From positions 3,752 to 67,751 of IMG/VR virus record IMGVR_UViG_3300028914_000078: a stretch of DNA of 64,000 nucleotides. The stretch is one strand, 5' to 3'. A program made the translations under genes and the position numbers. Positions 37,652 through 46,519 of the stretch are shown here, in pieces; position 1 is the first letter of the stretch; each line of letters begins with the position of its first letter. Origin of the DNA: a virus (taxonomy: Duplodnaviria > Caudoviricetes). The notes beneath the pieces were generated by a model. It did not search any database and had not been told where the DNA came from. It saw only the letters and a program-made list of their open reading frames with translations.

Positions 37652-38914
37652 ATGAGTGAGATAACTGAAGCATTTGAGAGCGACAGACCTGTAAGGCAGA
37701 AAGCCAAGAGTCAGATCTATTTCCGTACCGGCAGTGCCCTCGTGGACGAACTGGTGGGCGGAGGCATGTCCCTCGGTTATCCGAGCGGGAGAATCGCCAA
37801 CATATACGGAGAGAGCGGCGCAGGCAAGACCTTCTTCGCATGCGAGCTTATCGCAGCCGCACACAGGCAGTACAAGGACAAGTTCAAGTGGGTCTATGAC
37901 GATGCGGAGCACGGATTCAGCTTCGACGGAAACGCCCTGTGGGGTGTGGAGATCATCCCCGAGGATGCGAAGCCGTCAGAGACCGTTGAAGACCTGTTCT
38001 ACAACGTCCGCAAGTTCCTCAGAGGGCTTAAAGAAGACGAGTGCGGCATCTACATAGTCGATTCACTGGACGCATTGTCCAATGAAGAGATAGAGTCAAG
38101 GGCAGAGGAGAGAATGAAGGCCGGTGACAGAGGTGAGACCTTCGATAAGGGTACCTTCGGAGCCACGGCACAGAAATTCCTCTCACAGGAGTTCTTCCGC
38201 AAGCTATGCAGTGAGCTTGAGCACAAGAACGTGCTCTTGGTCTTCCTCTCACAGTTGAGGGATAACCTGAACGCAGGACTGTATGGTGAGAAGAGGAGAA
38301 AGAGCGGCGGCTCGGCACTCGACTTCTACTGCGATACCATCCTCAATCTCAAAACGAAGGAGAAGTTCGAGAAGAAGGGTCTTGTGGTGGGTGTATGTGT
38401 TGAAGCCACACTCAAGAAGAGCAAGACGGCACGCCCGTTCCGTTCCGCACTGGTGAACGTGATCTTCGACTACGGGATCGACGACATCAGCACGAACATC
38501 GACTACATCTACGGCTTGAAGAGCGAGCAGACAGGAAAGCTCCTGCCTACGCAGAACATCAACATGGGCGACACGTCAGACCCGAGATTTGGAACACATC
38601 CGAACAACCTTGACGGTCTGAAGGCAGTTCTCTCCGATGAGGGCCTGTATGACGAGTGTAGGATATGGTGCAAGGATAACGGTCGGAAGTACAACAAGGA
38701 CGCCTACACCGAGTGGCTCAAGGCCAACCATGATGACGTCTACAAGGCGTATTTCGGCGAACCGTTTACGCGTGACGAGCTCATCGTGAAGGCAGAGAAC
38801 GACAAGAGTCTCCGCCGTCTGCTGCGCGAGAAGGCCATGCAGAAGTGGGAGGACACGGAGGCATCCGTCGCCTCAGGAAGGCGTAAATATGCAGATGATG
38901 AGGAGGAGTACTGA
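37652..38914 (+). CDS. RecA/UvsX-like recombinase
   Basis: 'GRIANIYGESGAGKT', 'YDDAEH', 'IVDSLDAL', 'SQLRDN', 'SGGSALDFY'. Confidence 0.92.
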   Translation: MSEITEAFESDRPVRQKAKSQIYFRTGSALVDELVGGGMSLGYPSGRIANIYGESGAGKTFFACELIAAAHRQYKDKFKWVYDDAEHGFSFDGNALWGVEIIPEDAKPSETVEDLFYNVRKFLRGLKEDECGIYIVDSLDALSNEEIESRAEERMKAGDRGETFDKGTFGATAQKFLSQEFFRKLCSELEHKNVLLVFLSQLRDNLNAGLYGEKRRKSGGSALDFYCDTILNLKTKEKFEKKGLVVGVCVEATLKKSKTARPFRSALVNVIFDYGIDDISTNIDYIYGLKSEQTGKLLPTQNINMGDTSDPRFGTHPNNLDGLKAVLSDEGLYDECRIWCKDNGRKYNKDAYTEWLKANHDDVYKAYFGEPFTRDELIVKAENDKSLRRLLREKAMQKWEDTEASVASGRRKYADDEEEY

Positions 38915-39183
38915 TGGCAGACAGAGTCAAACTCGATGCATTTGAGGAGAAGAACGGAATCTCCCTCATGACAGGAACGGATGTCACATACGAGAACATC
39001 CTTCATGCGGTGATGGATTTCAACATCTATGCGGTTCAGAACAAAGGGAGCAATCTCGTGAACTTCTTTGACCGCAAGCATGTGCGCAACAAGGTCATCA
39101 GGGCTTTCGCCCTTATTGGAATGAAGCATGTGTGCGACGAGCTGAACAGAAAGCTCAAGGGGGTTGAGAGTGGCGATAAGTAA
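38914..39183 (+). CDS. Hypothetical protein
   Basis: Coupled to the recA-like stop; 89 aa. Confidence 0.55.
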   Translation: MADRVKLDAFEEKNGISLMTGTDVTYENILHAVMDFNIYAVQNKGSNLVNFFDRKHVRNKVIRAFALIGMKHVCDELNRKLKGVESGDK

Positions 39184-40279
39184 GGTACTGAGCATAAGAC
39201 TTCAGAACTTTCAGAGCCACAGGGGCACCAAGGTGACTCTCTCTGAGGGAGTCACCACGCTTGCAGGAGAGTCCTCCAACGGAAAGACCGCAGTGCTCAG
39301 GGCATTGAGGTGGGTGCTCACCAACAGGCCGACCGGCATCGGATTCGTGTCCCACTGGGCTAAGAAAACCAACGCCAAGGGCGAGATCGTGCTTGACGGA
39401 ACGTGTTCAGTCACCTTGGAGGTCACAGACACAGAAGGCAAGGTGCACACTGTGGAGAGAGTCCGTTCCGCGACGACGAACGCCTACATCCTTGACGGAG
39501 AGACGCTCGAGGCTGTCGGAACAGACGTACCTCCTGCCGTGGTCAAGCTCCTTGGTCTGAAGGAAGTGAACACACAGTCACAGGATGACCCGTACTTCAT
39601 GCTGACACTCCCTTCAGGGCAGGTGGCTGCGAAGCTGAACGAGCTTGTCCACCTCGATGATATCGACAAGGCTTACGGGTTCCTCCACAGGAGGAAGGTC
39701 GAAGCCAACGTGCTTCTGAAAGAAGATGCTGTCGACATCAACGAGCAGAAGCGCATCATCGACAACCTGAAGCACATCCCACAGTGTGAGGAAGACTTCA
39801 AGGCAATCGAAGAGCTCGAAGAGAAGAGCGACGAGTTGCGAACCAAGATCGACACCCTGCGTCGCATCAGGGATGCGGTTGAGGAGTGCTCGAATCTCCT
39901 GTCCTCCCTTGCTTTCGACAATGTGGCGGACGACGTCAGCCGCATCAGGGATATGATCGTCAGACGCGACGAGATGGCTGATGAGCTCAAAGACCTCAAG
40001 GCGCTCAAGGGCGACTTGTCCAAGACCGTCAGCGAGCTTGAGGCCCTCGGCCCTATAGCTGACATCGACAAGGAAGCGCTGCTGAAGTTCGCACACACAT
40101 GGGAAGAACTGGTTGAACGGGCGAAGGAGCTCAACGAGATGAAAGAGTGGCTGAAGGCCGCCAAGATCGAGCTCGATGAGTGCTCTGAGGAACTCTCGGA
40201 AGCGGAGAAGGAGCTTCCCGACACCTGTCCGCTCTGCGGTCAGCCCTTTGGAGGTGAACATGATAATTGCTGTGGGTGA
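39164..40279 (+). CDS. Rad50/SbcC-like ATPase, N-terminal half with zinc hook
   Basis: 'LQNFQSH', Walker A 'GESSNGKT', Q-loop 'QSQDDPYF', coiled coil, 'CPLCG'. Confidence 0.85.
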   Translation: MRVAISKVLSIRLQNFQSHRGTKVTLSEGVTTLAGESSNGKTAVLRALRWVLTNRPTGIGFVSHWAKKTNAKGEIVLDGTCSVTLEVTDTEGKVHTVERVRSATTNAYILDGETLEAVGTDVPPAVVKLLGLKEVNTQSQDDPYFMLTLPSGQVAAKLNELVHLDDIDKAYGFLHRRKVEANVLLKEDAVDINEQKRIIDNLKHIPQCEEDFKAIEELEEKSDELRTKIDTLRRIRDAVEECSNLLSSLAFDNVADDVSRIRDMIVRRDEMADELKDLKALKGDLSKTVSELEALGPIADIDKEALLKFAHTWEELVERAKELNEMKEWLKAAKIELDECSEELSEAEKELPDTCPLCGQPFGGEHDNCCG

Positions 40280-41156
40280 TTTACATCTGAGTGCCTCAAG
40301 GCCGGTATGCAGGACTGATGACAACTGGATTCTTACACAGAGAAGACACTTGGATTTCATTTTGGAGCAGGTGAAGTCCAACAACGCAACCCTATACGTT
40401 GCAGGTGATGTGTTCGATACACCGACTGTGGCTCCAGTCATGGTCAACATGATGATAGACTTCCTTCAGGAGTGCTCGAGAGTTGCCCCTGTGCGCATGA
40501 TAGCGGGCAACCACGACCTTCCTTGGCACAGCATGAGCAGACTTGAGGAGTGCTCTTTCGGAGCCCTCAGAAAGGTCGTGGGAGACGACTGGCGGGCGAC
40601 CTGCTTCGACTTCGGCACTGAGCCTACTGACGGAACATGTCAGGCCCGTGTGGTCATGCTTCACCACTTCGCGGTTCCTTCTGAGAAGGATGCTCCTCCG
40701 GGGCGTGAGAGCTACACCGCTGATGACCTCATAAGGATGTTCCCCAAAGCCAACATCATCATCACGGGCGACAACCATATCCCGTGGACTGTGAAGCGCA
40801 GGAACAAGCTGATCGTGAACTGCGGAACCCTCATCAAGAGGAGTGCGGTGGAAGCCCTGCACCCGTGCGGCGTTTGGCTCATCGACAACGAGCATATCGA
40901 GGCCAAGTACATCGACTACAGCGAGCACAACGACCGCTGGATAGACACGGCTTATCTCGATAAGGAGCACGAGAGAATTGAGAACAAGGCACACTATGAG
41001 AGTCTGCTGAGTGAGCTCAAGAGCGGTATGGAGGGCTCATATGACTTCCCGTCCACGCTGGGCGGCTATGTGAGCAGCAACAGGGACAAACTCGGTGAGG
41101 ATGTCTCCACGTTGCTTGAGGATGTGATAGACTATGTTAAGGAGGAAAGGACATGA
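40260..41156 (+). CDS. Mre11/SbcD-like metallophosphoesterase nuclease
   Basis: 'GDLH', 'AGDVFD', 'GNHD', 'LHH', 'GDNH'. Confidence 0.88.
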   Translation: MIIAVGDLHLSASRPVCRTDDNWILTQRRHLDFILEQVKSNNATLYVAGDVFDTPTVAPVMVNMMIDFLQECSRVAPVRMIAGNHDLPWHSMSRLEECSFGALRKVVGDDWRATCFDFGTEPTDGTCQARVVMLHHFAVPSEKDAPPGRESYTADDLIRMFPKANIIITGDNHIPWTVKRRNKLIVNCGTLIKRSAVEALHPCGVWLIDNEHIEAKYIDYSEHNDRWIDTAYLDKEHERIENKAHYESLLSELKSGMEGSYDFPSTLGGYVSSNRDKLGEDVSTLLEDVIDYVKEERT

Positions 41157-41389
41157 CAAACAAGGAGCGTGCCGAGCGTATCATAAGAAGATACAATGAC
41201 CTGAAGGACAAGCACACAAGGCTTGAGGAACGCAGGAACATGTACCTTGAGAGCATGAAGAGGGAATATGGCATAGAGAGCGAGGAAGAGCTCGACCTCA
41301 CCATAGAGAAGACCGAGAAGGCACTCGCCAAACTCGACGCCAAGATCGAGCCGATGCTCGAGAAACTTGAGAAAGGATTAGGAATATGA
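41153..41389 (+). CDS. Small coiled-coil protein
   Basis: 78 aa heptad-rich, ATGA-coupled on both sides. Confidence 0.6.
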   Translation: MTNKERAERIIRRYNDLKDKHTRLEERRNMYLESMKREYGIESEEELDLTIEKTEKALAKLDAKIEPMLEKLEKGLGI

Positions 41390-41997
41390 GCCGTAGACTT
41401 GAGGATATACGGAGAACCCTCATAATCAAGCGTGGTGAGTACGATAAGGCCAAGGCTAGGCTTGAGGAGCTCGAGGAGAACAACAAAGCCCACCTTGAGC
41501 GTCTCAAGACCGTAGATGCGTCCGTAGCTGTTGTCCAAAGCGTGGCAGCCGAACTTCAGAACAGCGTCATGACCAAGGTCTCCTCCATCGTACAGAAGGC
41601 CCTCGATGCCACGTTCCCCGAATACATGTTCAGCATGGAGTTCGTGAGCAGGCGTGACAAGACTGAGGTGGATATGTGCGTCACGGATCTCAAGGGCAAC
41701 CGGCAATCCATACTTGACGGGTGCGGAGGGGGACTGAAGGACATCATATCGTTCGCACTGCGTGTAGCTGTTTGGTCGCTCGACAGGGATGTGGCCTCCG
41801 TCCTAGTCCTTGACGAGCCGTTCAAGTTCCTGAGCCGTGGCATGAGGGATTCAGGGGCGAAGCTCTTGGGGGTTCTCAGCCATGATTTGGGAATACAGTT
41901 CCTCGTGGTCTCCCACGTGGATGAGATAGTGGATAACTCGGACACCGTATATGTGCTCCGAAAAGGAGCCGACGGGGTGACAAGGGGAGGGGATTGA
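41386..41997 (+). CDS. Rad50/SbcC-like ATPase, C-terminal half
   Basis: Signature-like 'CGGGLKDIISFALR', Walker B 'LVLDEPF', H-loop 'VVSH'. Confidence 0.85.
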   Translation: MSRRLEDIRRTLIIKRGEYDKAKARLEELEENNKAHLERLKTVDASVAVVQSVAAELQNSVMTKVSSIVQKALDATFPEYMFSMEFVSRRDKTEVDMCVTDLKGNRQSILDGCGGGLKDIISFALRVAVWSLDRDVASVLVLDEPFKFLSRGMRDSGAKLLGVLSHDLGIQFLVVSHVDEIVDNSDTVYVLRKGADGVTRGGD

Positions 41998-42024
41998 CCC
42001 TCCTCTTTTTTTCTCAGATGGGTA

Positions 42025-42053
42025 TTGACGAATCAATAGTTTTGCGCTATCTT
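42025..42053 (+). promoter_or_regulatory. Sigma70-type promoter for the sigma-like gene
   Basis: TTGACG-17 nt-TATCTT, directly after a hairpin with T-run. Confidence 0.55.
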
Positions 42054-42073
42054 GCATGATGTGGAGGAAACAC

Positions 42074-42607
42074 ATGGAATATGCAAAGACTCACGAGGAG
42101 TGGAACAAAGCCCTCAAAAGGATCGCCTACAGCTGGCAGGTCAAGTATCATGGAATAGATGCCGAGGAAGCTTACAGTGAGCTTCTTGTGGCTTATGCGG
42201 AGGCCCTCGCCTGCCCCAAGAAGAACGAGGACTGTTCGTTCGATACAATCTTCACCTACTACAAGAAGAAAGCCATCAGGAACCTTCTGAACCGCAGAGA
42301 CAAGGACATCAACTTCCATACATATATGGATGTGGATGTGATGGGTGGCGTGTTCACAAGCAGCCACACGGAGAAGGCTCTGCGTGACATCCTGTTCGAG
42401 ATGGATGCCGTAGAGCTGGACAGCGACACACAGGAAGTGCTTGCCTACATCCTCTCGGACGAGTGGGAGAAGAAGGATCATGCAGCCAACACGAAGATGA
42501 AGACAGTCATCAAGGACATGCACGAGGAGAAAGGCTGGACGTACTCTAGGGCACGTGAGGCAGTCGGGAACCTCAGGAATTTCTATATGGAGTTCGCCAA
42601 CGCATGA
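42074..42607 (+). CDS. Phage sigma-like transcription factor
   Basis: Region-2-like 'DAEEAYSELLVAY..A...SFDTIFTYY.KKAIRN'; C-terminal HTH-like 'GWTYSRAREAV'. Confidence 0.55.
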   Translation: MEYAKTHEEWNKALKRIAYSWQVKYHGIDAEEAYSELLVAYAEALACPKKNEDCSFDTIFTYYKKKAIRNLLNRRDKDINFHTYMDVDVMGGVFTSSHTEKALRDILFEMDAVELDSDTQEVLAYILSDEWEKKDHAANTKMKTVIKDMHEEKGWTYSRAREAVGNLRNFYMEFANA

Positions 42608-43560
42608 GAAAAGTGGATTGGCGTGCATATTGCCGTGACCACGGCATACAGACGAACGGCAAACCGCGGAGAGGGCTGTGGCTTGAAGTCAGATGCCCCT
42701 TCTGCTCAGACAAGGGCACGCACGGAGCCGTGAACGTGAAGAACGGCGTGTACAATTGTTGGAAATGCGGCAACCACTCCATGACGGAGTTCGTGAGCAT
42801 GACATCCAACACACCGAACAGCTACAAAGAGGTGATGAACTACCTGAGACCTTGGCTCACTGAGGCAGAGGTCTACACGACACGTAAGGTCATAGAAGAT
42901 AACGAGCGGTCAGTGAAAGTGGAGAAAGCTCTGAGGATGCCCGGCAAATCTCCCCTCGGGGTAGCGATGAAAGATTACCTGAGAAGCAGGGGATTCAGAC
43001 CCAAGTATATGGAGAGGATGTACGGACTCAAGGACGGAGGCATGTCAGGCAGATGGGCGTGGCGTCTGATGATCCCAGTCAACGTGGACGGAAAGACCGT
43101 AGCGTGGCAGGGAAGAACCATAGGACGCGACAACCCGTTGAGGTACATGGCATCAAGCCTCGAGGAGTCTCTGATGGACATCAAGGACACCGTGTACAAC
43201 TTGGATTATGTGCGTGATGGCAAGGCAATCCTTGTGGAAGGCGTGTTCGATAGCTGGAAGATCGGGCCCGGGAGTGTAGCTCTGTTCGGAATCTCCCTCA
43301 AGGACAGTCAGATAAAGCTGCTGTCTGAGAGACTGGACGAGGCATACATCCTGTTCGATCCCGAGAAGAGGGCGCAGGAGCAGGCCGCTGTGCTTGCTAG
43401 GAAGCTGTCCAACCTCGGAGTGAAGGTCACTGTGCTGAACATGGAGGACACGACCTCCGAAGACCCCGGTGACCTCACCAAGGCTGAAGTGAAACAATTG
43501 AGGGAACTTGTGTTCGGAAAGGATTCGCAGTATGATGAAGATACACCATGGCTCATGTGA
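42604..43560 (+). CDS. DNA primase (Zn finger + TOPRIM)
   Basis: 'CPFCSD..H..NCWKCG', 'YLRSRG', 'ILVEGVFD', 'LFDPE', 'DPGD'. Confidence 0.88.
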   Translation: MRKVDWRAYCRDHGIQTNGKPRRGLWLEVRCPFCSDKGTHGAVNVKNGVYNCWKCGNHSMTEFVSMTSNTPNSYKEVMNYLRPWLTEAEVYTTRKVIEDNERSVKVEKALRMPGKSPLGVAMKDYLRSRGFRPKYMERMYGLKDGGMSGRWAWRLMIPVNVDGKTVAWQGRTIGRDNPLRYMASSLEESLMDIKDTVYNLDYVRDGKAILVEGVFDSWKIGPGSVALFGISLKDSQIKLLSERLDEAYILFDPEKRAQEQAAVLARKLSNLGVKVTVLNMEDTTSEDPGDLTKAEVKQLRELVFGKDSQYDEDTPWLM

Positions 43561-43580
43561 ATGAGCGAAAGGAGCGAATC

Positions 43581-43781
43581 ATGGAGAACACTGAGAAACG
43601 CTGCTACACAGAAGGTGAGCGCGTGAGAATGAACCTTAGCGAGAACGCCAAGGGATGCTATCAGATTGACGTGACTGTAGAGAGCAATAGCGTAGAGAGA
43701 TCGCAGGAAATGCTCCTCGCGTCAATAAAAGCAGCTAAGCAGACTATGTCTGAATGTGGATTGAAGGAGGCTTCCTCCTGA
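43581..43781 (+). CDS. Small hypothetical protein, paralogue of 60907-61143
   Basis: AAGGAG RBS; core RVRMNLSENAKGCYQ. Confidence 0.65.
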   Translation: MENTEKRCYTEGERVRMNLSENAKGCYQIDVTVESNSVERSQEMLLASIKAAKQTMSECGLKEASS

Positions 43782-43866
43782 TCCATTGGCTCCCGAGGGG
43801 GATACTTTTCATGGATTTCCTCCACCCCTCGGGAAGCCTTACTATCGCGGAGGTAAAGGAGCACAC

Positions 43867-44166
43867 ATGAAGAAAGAAGGGGTTACGTTGAAAAGGTTGA
43901 TTGCGGATTATTTCGACGGTCTTAGGGAAGGAGAGAAATTCTCACCGTCGGACGTAAGAGCCTACGTCGTGAAGATTACCGATGGGGAAAGAAACCCCAT
44001 GGACGGTACTATAACGAGGATAATGAGATTCCTCAGAGATGAGGGATGGGAATGGACTGTGGAGGACAAAGCCAACGCAGTGTACAGGCGTGGGAAGAAA
44101 CTCGTTACCGGCTCAGAATGTAAGAAGGGAGTAATCAAGCCCCAACCCTACTCATACCGGTATTAG
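43867..44166 (+). CDS. Hypothetical protein, possibly winged-helix
   Basis: AAAGGAG RBS; 'NPMDGTITRIMRFLR'. Confidence 0.5.
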   Translation: MKKEGVTLKRLIADYFDGLREGEKFSPSDVRAYVVKITDGERNPMDGTITRIMRFLRDEGWEWTVEDKANAVYRRGKKLVTGSECKKGVIKPQPYSYRY

Positions 44167-44209
44167 AAAGGTTCGACTTATTGTCCTTCCTTATTTTCCC
44201 CAATCTCTT

Positions 44210-44244
44210 GGAAGGCCCGATGATGCACGGGCCTTCCTTTTTTT
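44210..44244. terminator. Terminator at the convergence of the two genome arms
   Basis: ggaaggcccg-atgatgca-cgggccttcc followed by T7. Confidence 0.8.
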
Positions 44245-46190
44245 ATTTGTAATATCTGCAGTTGTCGTAGAGCTTCTCACGCAGCTTCCGCATGAGCCAT
44301 GCTGTGTCGTGAGACATGAACAGCTCCACGGGGCACACATAGGACGAGGTGCCCATCTCAGGGTTTGATACGAATCCGTATACGTCTATGTCAAATTCGG
44401 AGACCTTTATCTTGTACCTGTTCTGATCTGCCTGCTTGCAGTAGGTACGGACACCATGAGAGTCCACGCTGTCAAGCATGAACCCTCCGTCTTCTATCAG
44501 TGAGAACACTTCATTCTTTGTCATCTCCGTCATCCTCCTTATGCGGATGCCTTCTCTCGTATGCGAGCAACGCCTTCTGCACGACGTAGCCTAGAACGAT
44601 GGCACCACCAAAGAGACAGCCAAATATCACTATCCATATCAACCCTTCATGAAAATGTGTATGAGAGCGCGCCTGAACTCCTCGTTCCTGCTTGTCTGTA
44701 CACAGATGTGGATTACAGCCATGTCCTTCTCTGCACGTGACAGGCTTCCGTCAGGGTGAGCGAACACAAGACGCTTCAGCCTGTCGAAGCAATCATCGTA
44801 GAAATTCTTGGTACGCCTCCTCAAGCAATAGATTATACCCTCGGCCATATCCCTGTCCACAGCCCACTTCAACCACTTATCCAAGCACTGGGGTGAGCAG
44901 AAACGCTGTATAGAGTGGCAACCGTACTTGTCAGGGAAATAAGAGATGACCCTCATCCCCTTCAGCTCCTTGCCGCACTGCTTGCACTGTTGTGCCTTGC
45001 CCTTACCGCCTGCCATCGCCGGCCTCCATATCGTTGACGTTGCCCCCGATCCTGCCGTTCTGAAGTTTGTGAAGGGTGGCATTGGAGCACAACGGGCGAC
45101 GTGCTCCCTTACGCTTCTTGGCGTCTCTCTTCAGATCATCGGGGTCTGTGACGAACCCTGACTTTCTCTCTTTATCTCCCATGTTATCCTCCATAAAAAG
45201 CATGATTCCGTATTTATTTTCCCGAATTCTGACGGATTTTGTCAAAAAACGAGAAAATATCTGTCTGATTCAGGGATATTATCCATGAATCACTGAAAAC
45301 AAATGGTACTGTGATGCCATCCTATGATTAAAGACTCTCCCGTTGCCGGGTATCGCATAAAGCGGCGCCTACACCACCTGACGTAGCTGTACCTCACTCG
45401 ATTTCGAGCCACAATTTGCTCCACTGTACGTTCCGTGGACGAACAACATCCTCAGATTTCGAACTCTATGTCAGCCTTCAGCCTGCAGTCCTTGCGCTTG
45501 GGTGCGCCTTTCTCAAAGCACTTGCAGGGCACACCTTCGGTGCGCTCCAGTTTCTTCTCACAATCGCCAAGATACCACATGGGCTGACCCATATAATCCT
45601 CATGACGCTCAAACGTCATGTGCTTGCACTCTATGCAGCATCCGTCGTTGTCTCTGCTCATACAGGTTTGGCCCCATTACCTGCACCTGCGTTGCAGTAG
45701 AACGGTGAGTCCCACGGATATGATGGAACCGTAATCGGACGCAGATTAGGTGTCGACGGCGGTGTGTACGGTATACTCATGATGGACTGATCATCAATCA
45801 TATCAATCACCTTGTACACATCTTCCTTGTTGAGTGTGTCTTTCCCTTTGGCAATGATCTCAAGCACTTCCTTGGCCTGTTCCTTGGTCATATCTCCTCT
45901 CCCTCCTGATAACCATATACGGTCGGACATGCGATGGTCTTTATCCACCGCTGGTTTATGCGTATGGCATATCTGTACAATGCCCTACATCCTCTCACCC
46001 TTTTGGGGTGGCGTGTATCGCCCCAAAGCTCAAGGCCTCCCCTGAGAAAATTGAGCTCACGGACATTGTCCTTGTCCTTACGGTGTTTCTTCAATTCCTG
46101 ATGACACATCACTACCAGTTTGTGATGGAGTGAGCCCATCGGACGCCTCTTTCTGCAGAAAAGAATGTCCTGCATCCTGTGTCGTTTCAT
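44243..46190 (-). CDS. Cluster of small hypothetical genes (44243-44533, 44639-~45020, 45003-45245, 45452-45661, 45658-~45890, 45888-46190)
   Basis: Consistent minus-strand orientation with overlaps; starts uncertain; several Cys-rich. Confidence 0.5.
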
Positions 46191-46519
46191 CCAGCCTCCT
46201 TCCTAAGACATCTCCTTATGGATGCCGGCTTGAACTTCACGTCCCTTTCCACCCCGTTGCCGTAGACGTCAACGAGATTCCTGATGTCACTCAGCCTGAT
46301 GGTGGAGAATCCCCACTCACTGCCTCCGAGCGTCATGTACACATTGAACAACCACTCGTCGTCGCTTATCCGCTCACCCTCGTAAACAAGCCAAACCGCG
46401 TGCTGTGACGGCATGGAATACCTTATGAGAGCCTTCGCATCAAGCCCCATCCCTGACTGGCTGAACCGCGGAAACGCCTCAAGCCTTTTCTCCGTAACCT
46501 TGTCGATCAGTTTCATCAA
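46187..46519 (-). CDS. DUF2958-like protein
   Basis: 'FPRFSQ...DAKALIRY.MP...WLVYEG...LF.VY...EWG...LSDI'. Confidence 0.55.
   Translation of the reverse strand: MMKLIDKVTEKRLEAFPRFSQSGMGLDAKALIRYSMPSQHAVWLVYEGERISDDEWLFNVYMTLGGSEWGFSTIRLSDIRNLVDVYGNGVERDVKFKPASIRRCLRKEAG

Noticed and set aside
760-44166. Many long opposite-strand or alternate-frame ORFs in the track (e.g. 1575-2231, 8475-9020, 20753-21490, 22142-23062, 39614-40450, and 58731-59501 on the other arm)
   Set aside because: They overlap well-supported genes, lack RBS and motifs, and are expected shadows of the biased codon usage.
45246-45450. tRNA or known ncRNA in the intergenic gap
   Set aside because: No cloverleaf, T-loop GTTCRA or convincing stem pattern seen on either strand; a tRNAscan/Infernal run would be needed to exclude it fully.
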